From contig OY769902.1 of assembly GCA_963669175.1 (NCBI GenBank), positions 128,001-192,000 of the forward strand: 64,000 nucleotides of DNA, in the 5' to 3' direction. Position numbers and translations under genes: made by a program. Below, in pieces: positions 61,401-64,000 of this stretch (positions within the stretch are counted from its first letter, which is position 1; each line of letters begins with the position of its first letter). Under the pieces are notes generated by a model that searched no databases, had not been told where the DNA came from, and saw only the letters and a program-made list of their open reading frames with translations. The stretch comes from a bacterium (GTDB lineage: Bacteria; Electryoneota; Electryoneia; Electryoneales; Electryoneaceae).

Positions 61401-61785
61401 ATCCCTGAAAGGCAACGAAACGATCCTGGTTGTGGAAGATGAAGAAGCCGTTTTGCAGATGACATCGCAACTGTTGACCCATTACGGATACCATATTATT
61501 ACCGCACGTGATGCGACAACCGCGCTCCAGGAAGTGCAGTCATCAAAGGGTAAGACCATTGACCTGATCCTTACGGATGTGATCATGCCGGACATGAACG
61601 GTCCTGAACTTGCCGAGAATCTGGCCGTCAGTAATCCTGATATAAAAGTCATCTATATGAGTGGCTACACCGAGAATGAAATTATCAAAAAGGGATTGTC
61701 CGACGTCAATTTCAGCTATATCCAGAAGCCATTCAGATCCTTTGATTTGATCTCGCTGGTGCGTGAAACCCTGGAGAAGCGATGA
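58498..61785 (+). CDS. Cytoplasmic hybrid sensor histidine kinase (PAS-PAS-GAF-PAS-PAS-HisKA-HATPase-REC)
   Basis: IHP..R PAS motifs, [55 protein letters not shown]. Confidence 0.95.
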   Translation: MPETGEKSLYSAMSADINQSGPDVMQEQNQMILAAYFDAPFGVHLYRLNDDEQLVFAGANNTADNLLKIEHETLIGQFLPDVFRNAKSSDLFENLTEIAKNGSTWISEVFDYQDDRISGAFLILAYRPIPGTLLTIIADASELMLQQNLIQRKQEQLDIILNSANIGIWDYDLKNGILEIMGQGLITLGYDAPRLSVSTEQWLAMIHPLQREDVARSFQAHLEGRSIFFDKEYQVRSVSGNYYWISIRGKVVERDRSGIPVRATGIHEDINNRKKREEQIRLYHERMYQYQSTLLSLSTHRALRIGNFAQAARTITSAVADILRADRVSIWLVNGSRDQLVSVDLYNRPQETHTSGDILTPSTNPNYFMALDAGRYIAANDARHDPRTKDFTASYLEPNDIYSLLDTPIRIEGEVAGTVSIENTQTLRKWDESEISFVGQVGDLTAQALSNARRREAEEALRESEEKLRSFMESVDDSVYFQRLDGAVEHLTSVDSKTTGYSREEYKNDPQLWEKIIHPDDFRIAKDFFQSKAGKVDRFDILFRLKHKSGDWRWIQSRMVGAKDKQGKITGYNCVDRDVTNLKTAEEEIRQSESRFRMLFENSEDAIYIRVGRQFVMVSPSFERLFGYDASEITSEGFDSSVFIAEKDRDVVLGHLEAYDKGELGTIEESFTGVRKDGQKIEVDLRVSRLEWDGAPAIMGIIRDVSERRRLEAQLLRSQKMEAVGRLAGGIAHDFNNLLTAISGNAELAQLQLHESDPLFRYVNDITKTTTRGAALTRQLLAFSRKQVAEPRLTNLNTILTNMEYMLRRLIGEDIRFVLQKDTELGQILIDPVQLEQIIVNLVVNARDAMPEGGRLAIESSNVDVDKNHTLEHLDAKLGPHVLLTVQDTGCGIPAEILDNVFEPFFTTKGESEGTGLGLSTVYGIVRQNGGHIDLKSTLNEGTIFNIYLPRVQAKEVLEENAHITRKESLKGNETILVVEDEEAVLQMTSQLLTHYGYHIITARDATTALQEVQSSKGKTIDLILTDVIMPDMNGPELAENLAVSNPDIKVIYMSGYTENEIIKKGLSDVNFSYIQKPFRSFDLISLVRETLEKR

Positions 61786-61868
61786 GAGCCCCCTCACGGC
61801 GGTAACTCCCGGTTTTGAACGACCATTTGCTTACATTCCCTCAGGTTTGATTTCCCCCTGGAAAAGGC

Positions 61869-62312
61869 ATGCAGGAAAATACTGTACAGGAAATAGTGAC
61901 AACCACTGTTGCTGAAACGGAAGCAGTCGGCGCTGCCCTTGCCCGGAAAGTGAAGGTCGGCGAATCGGTTGCCCTGATCGGACAGCTTGGAGCCGGGAAA
62001 ACCACATTCTCACGTGGTTTTGTACGCGAGCTTGGCTATGAAGGTTCGGTACGTTCGCCCACCTATACATTGGCGAACCGTTATCCCTCCAGACCACCGG
62101 TTACTCATCTTGACCTGTTCCGGTTGATCGACCCTTCCGAACTGATCGCCCTTGACCTGGAATTGGAACAGGAAGCGAGAATCCTCCTGGTGGAATGGGG
62201 CGACCGTTTCGAGGAGGAATGGGGTCCGGCTTCCTGGACAGTTGCTTTCGATCACGATCCCGCAATGCCGGATCAGCGAAAGATTACTATCAGAAACAAC
62301 AGAGGTGTGTAA
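61869..62312 (+). CDS. tsaE: tRNA threonylcarbamoyladenosine biosynthesis ATPase TsaE
   Basis: GQLGAGKTTF, SPTYTL, HLDLFRL, VEW. Confidence 0.95.
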   Translation: MQENTVQEIVTTTVAETEAVGAALARKVKVGESVALIGQLGAGKTTFSRGFVRELGYEGSVRSPTYTLANRYPSRPPVTHLDLFRLIDPSELIALDLELEQEARILLVEWGDRFEEEWGPASWTVAFDHDPAMPDQRKITIRNNRGV

Positions 62313-62318
62313 TCCGAT

Positions 62319-62996
62319 ATGCAAATTCTGATCATAGATACATCCGGTAATGCGGCACGCTGGGCAGGCGTTGAAGATGCTGTGATGGTTGATCCGGTTG
62401 AAGTGGAAACGGGCCGTAAACACGACAGCGTACTCGCAGAAGGTATCGTAAGCTGGTTGAAGCGTAATGACTGGCAGAAACCGGATGCGATTGGAATCGT
62501 GACCGGTCCCGGTGGCTATACCGGGCTTCGTGTCGGTGTCGCTTTTGCCACCGCCGCTGCGGCCGGATGGGGAATCCCGGTTGTCCCGGTCACCGCCTAT
62601 GAAGCTGTCGCGGGCCGTGCAGGGGAAAATGAAACTGTCTGGACCTTGTTGCCCAGCAGAAAGAATCATTGCCGCTGCCGTTTGATGACAGGCGGCTCCA
62701 CACCACAAGCAATCACGGAACCCGATGAGATCAGCGTCCTCTCGCCGACCTGGCCGGAGTCTTCCAAGCCGTATATCCTGTTGGGGGACGGCTACGAGCG
62801 TCACCATGAAACGCTGAACGCCCTGGCTTCAGAACAACCCACAATTCTCAAGACCGACGAATCCAGCTTGCTGAGTAAAGGTGAAGCGGTGGCTCGCGTC
62901 GTCTGGCAGGCCTGGCTCGATAAAAAGGCTGTATCCCCCAGCGAAATCGACGTCGAATACGGAGGCGATTTTCAACCTACTGCCAAAGCGAAATAG
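62319..62996 (+). CDS. tsaB: tRNA threonylcarbamoyladenosine biosynthesis protein TsaB
   Basis: ILIIDTS, GPGGYTGLRVG; adjacent to tsaE. Confidence 0.9.
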   Translation: MQILIIDTSGNAARWAGVEDAVMVDPVEVETGRKHDSVLAEGIVSWLKRNDWQKPDAIGIVTGPGGYTGLRVGVAFATAAAAGWGIPVVPVTAYEAVAGRAGENETVWTLLPSRKNHCRCRLMTGGSTPQAITEPDEISVLSPTWPESSKPYILLGDGYERHHETLNALASEQPTILKTDESSLLSKGEAVARVVWQAWLDKKAVSPSEIDVEYGGDFQPTAKAK

Positions 62997-63077
62997 TCAT
63001 CACCCCATAATCCGGAAGACTTGCAACAATTCACAGGATACACAGGATTGATAAAGATTGACAGGATAAATGATAAT

Positions 63078-63553
63078 TAGCCCGAATATTTCATGAACGG
63101 AACATGGATATTCATCTTAACACAGTTCATATCAACACAATACAACTGATTCATACAGCATTTTTCAGGGGACAGTTTGCTCCGGTATCCCTTTGCGTGT
63201 CTATTCCCTGTTTCGCTGGCAAAATAGGCTGAGAATCGGCAACCGCCCCGGCAGGGGCAACCTGTATTAGCCCCGGGCAGCCGCCGTCAGTTTGGCGGCT
63301 ACCCGGGGAGATAATGCGCACCATATATTTACTCCTGAAGGAGTTACCTGATAAATATCAAGAGTATACAGCGATAATATCTAGGCAACCCGCTGCCGGG
63401 GTTGGCAAGTAGCGTACATCCTATTCCCACCGTGAGCGCCAAACAGACGGCGCTGGACGGTGGGCTAATTCAGGGAACCACTGCCGTGGTTCTTGTACTG
63501 GCCATTCCATCAAATACCAAATTTGAAATTGCATTGGTGAAATATTCGGGCTA
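63078..63553 (-). mobile_element. Family A MITE-like element, copy 3
   Basis: Perfect 16-bp inverted repeat tagcccgaatatttca / tgaaatattcgggcta; interior collinear with 42904-43383. Confidence 0.88.
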
Positions 63554-63852
63554 GTCGTGTGGCCCGGCGTGCTCGCACCCGGGCAGTTGTGCAGTGTCAG
63601 GTTGGGTGGCTGTAATCCAGACATGCCTGTCAGGACACTTTTCCAGATCGAAATCGATCCACAATGCAGGTTTTGCGGGAACAGATGGGAATTATGTAAT
63701 AACTCGTCCAATTATGTAATGGAATGGACTTATTGCATAATTCACGAGAAGATAGTATACTCTGACGTAAGGCTGTGTGATCTCCGGAAACAGGCGTTTC
63801 ACATCACCCTACATCGCTTAATATATAAGGAGTTACAAGGAGGCAACAGCAC

Positions 63853-64000
63853 ATGAAGTCCTTTCAATCCGGCTATCTGGAACAATTGACTTTTTCCCAA
63901 TCCATCCTGCAAACAGTCCGGGGAATTGGGGAATACACTGGCCGCGAACAGATGTACCAACGCCAGATGCCCCAGGAGCTGGAAAAGCTGCGCCAGGTTG
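63853..64000 (+). CDS. Probable Fic-family protein, N-terminal fragment (truncated by window end)
   Basis: ggagg RBS; my translation MKSFQSGYLEQLTFSQSILQTVRGIGEYTGREQMYQRQMPQELEKLRQV resembles the N-terminus of Fic proteins; the catalytic motif is not visible. Confidence 0.55.
   Translation, partial: MKSFQSGYLEQLTFSQSILQTVRGIGEYTGREQMYQRQMPQELEKLRQV

Overview
Bacterial chromosomal segment of about 50% GC. It is most consistent with an FCB-group lineage (inference: seven ORFs end in a YPNPFN-type secretion/sorting C-terminal domain). Housekeeping and metabolic genes include an acyl-CoA dehydrogenase, nudC, ogt, a sat-cysC fusion, fumC, hpt, a UDP-glucuronate epimerase, a TrmH methyltransferase and tsaE-tsaB. 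They are interspersed with large secreted proteins, signalling genes and two AT-rich foreign-looking islets: a small protein plus retropepsin-like protease/SEC-C pair, and a solo SF1 helicase-like gene. I see no rRNA, tRNA, CRISPR array, transposase, integrase or reverse transcriptase. The most unusual signal is non-coding. A ~480-bp element occurs at three loci, bounded by TA plus terminal inverted repeats that differ between copies yet match perfectly within each copy, and it carries a REP-doublet-like cargo. A second palindromic element has a compensatory base pair, a conserved internal loop and a variable-length interior. The exact 12-mer ATCGGGCCACCC occurs in five intergenic regions. Also notable are two paralogous secreted beta-helix proteins with AT-rich variable cores inside GC-normal conserved frames, and two apparently inactivated enzyme domains (REC-GGDEF and ATP sulfurylase). 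All calls come from motif recognition by eye; no searches were run.
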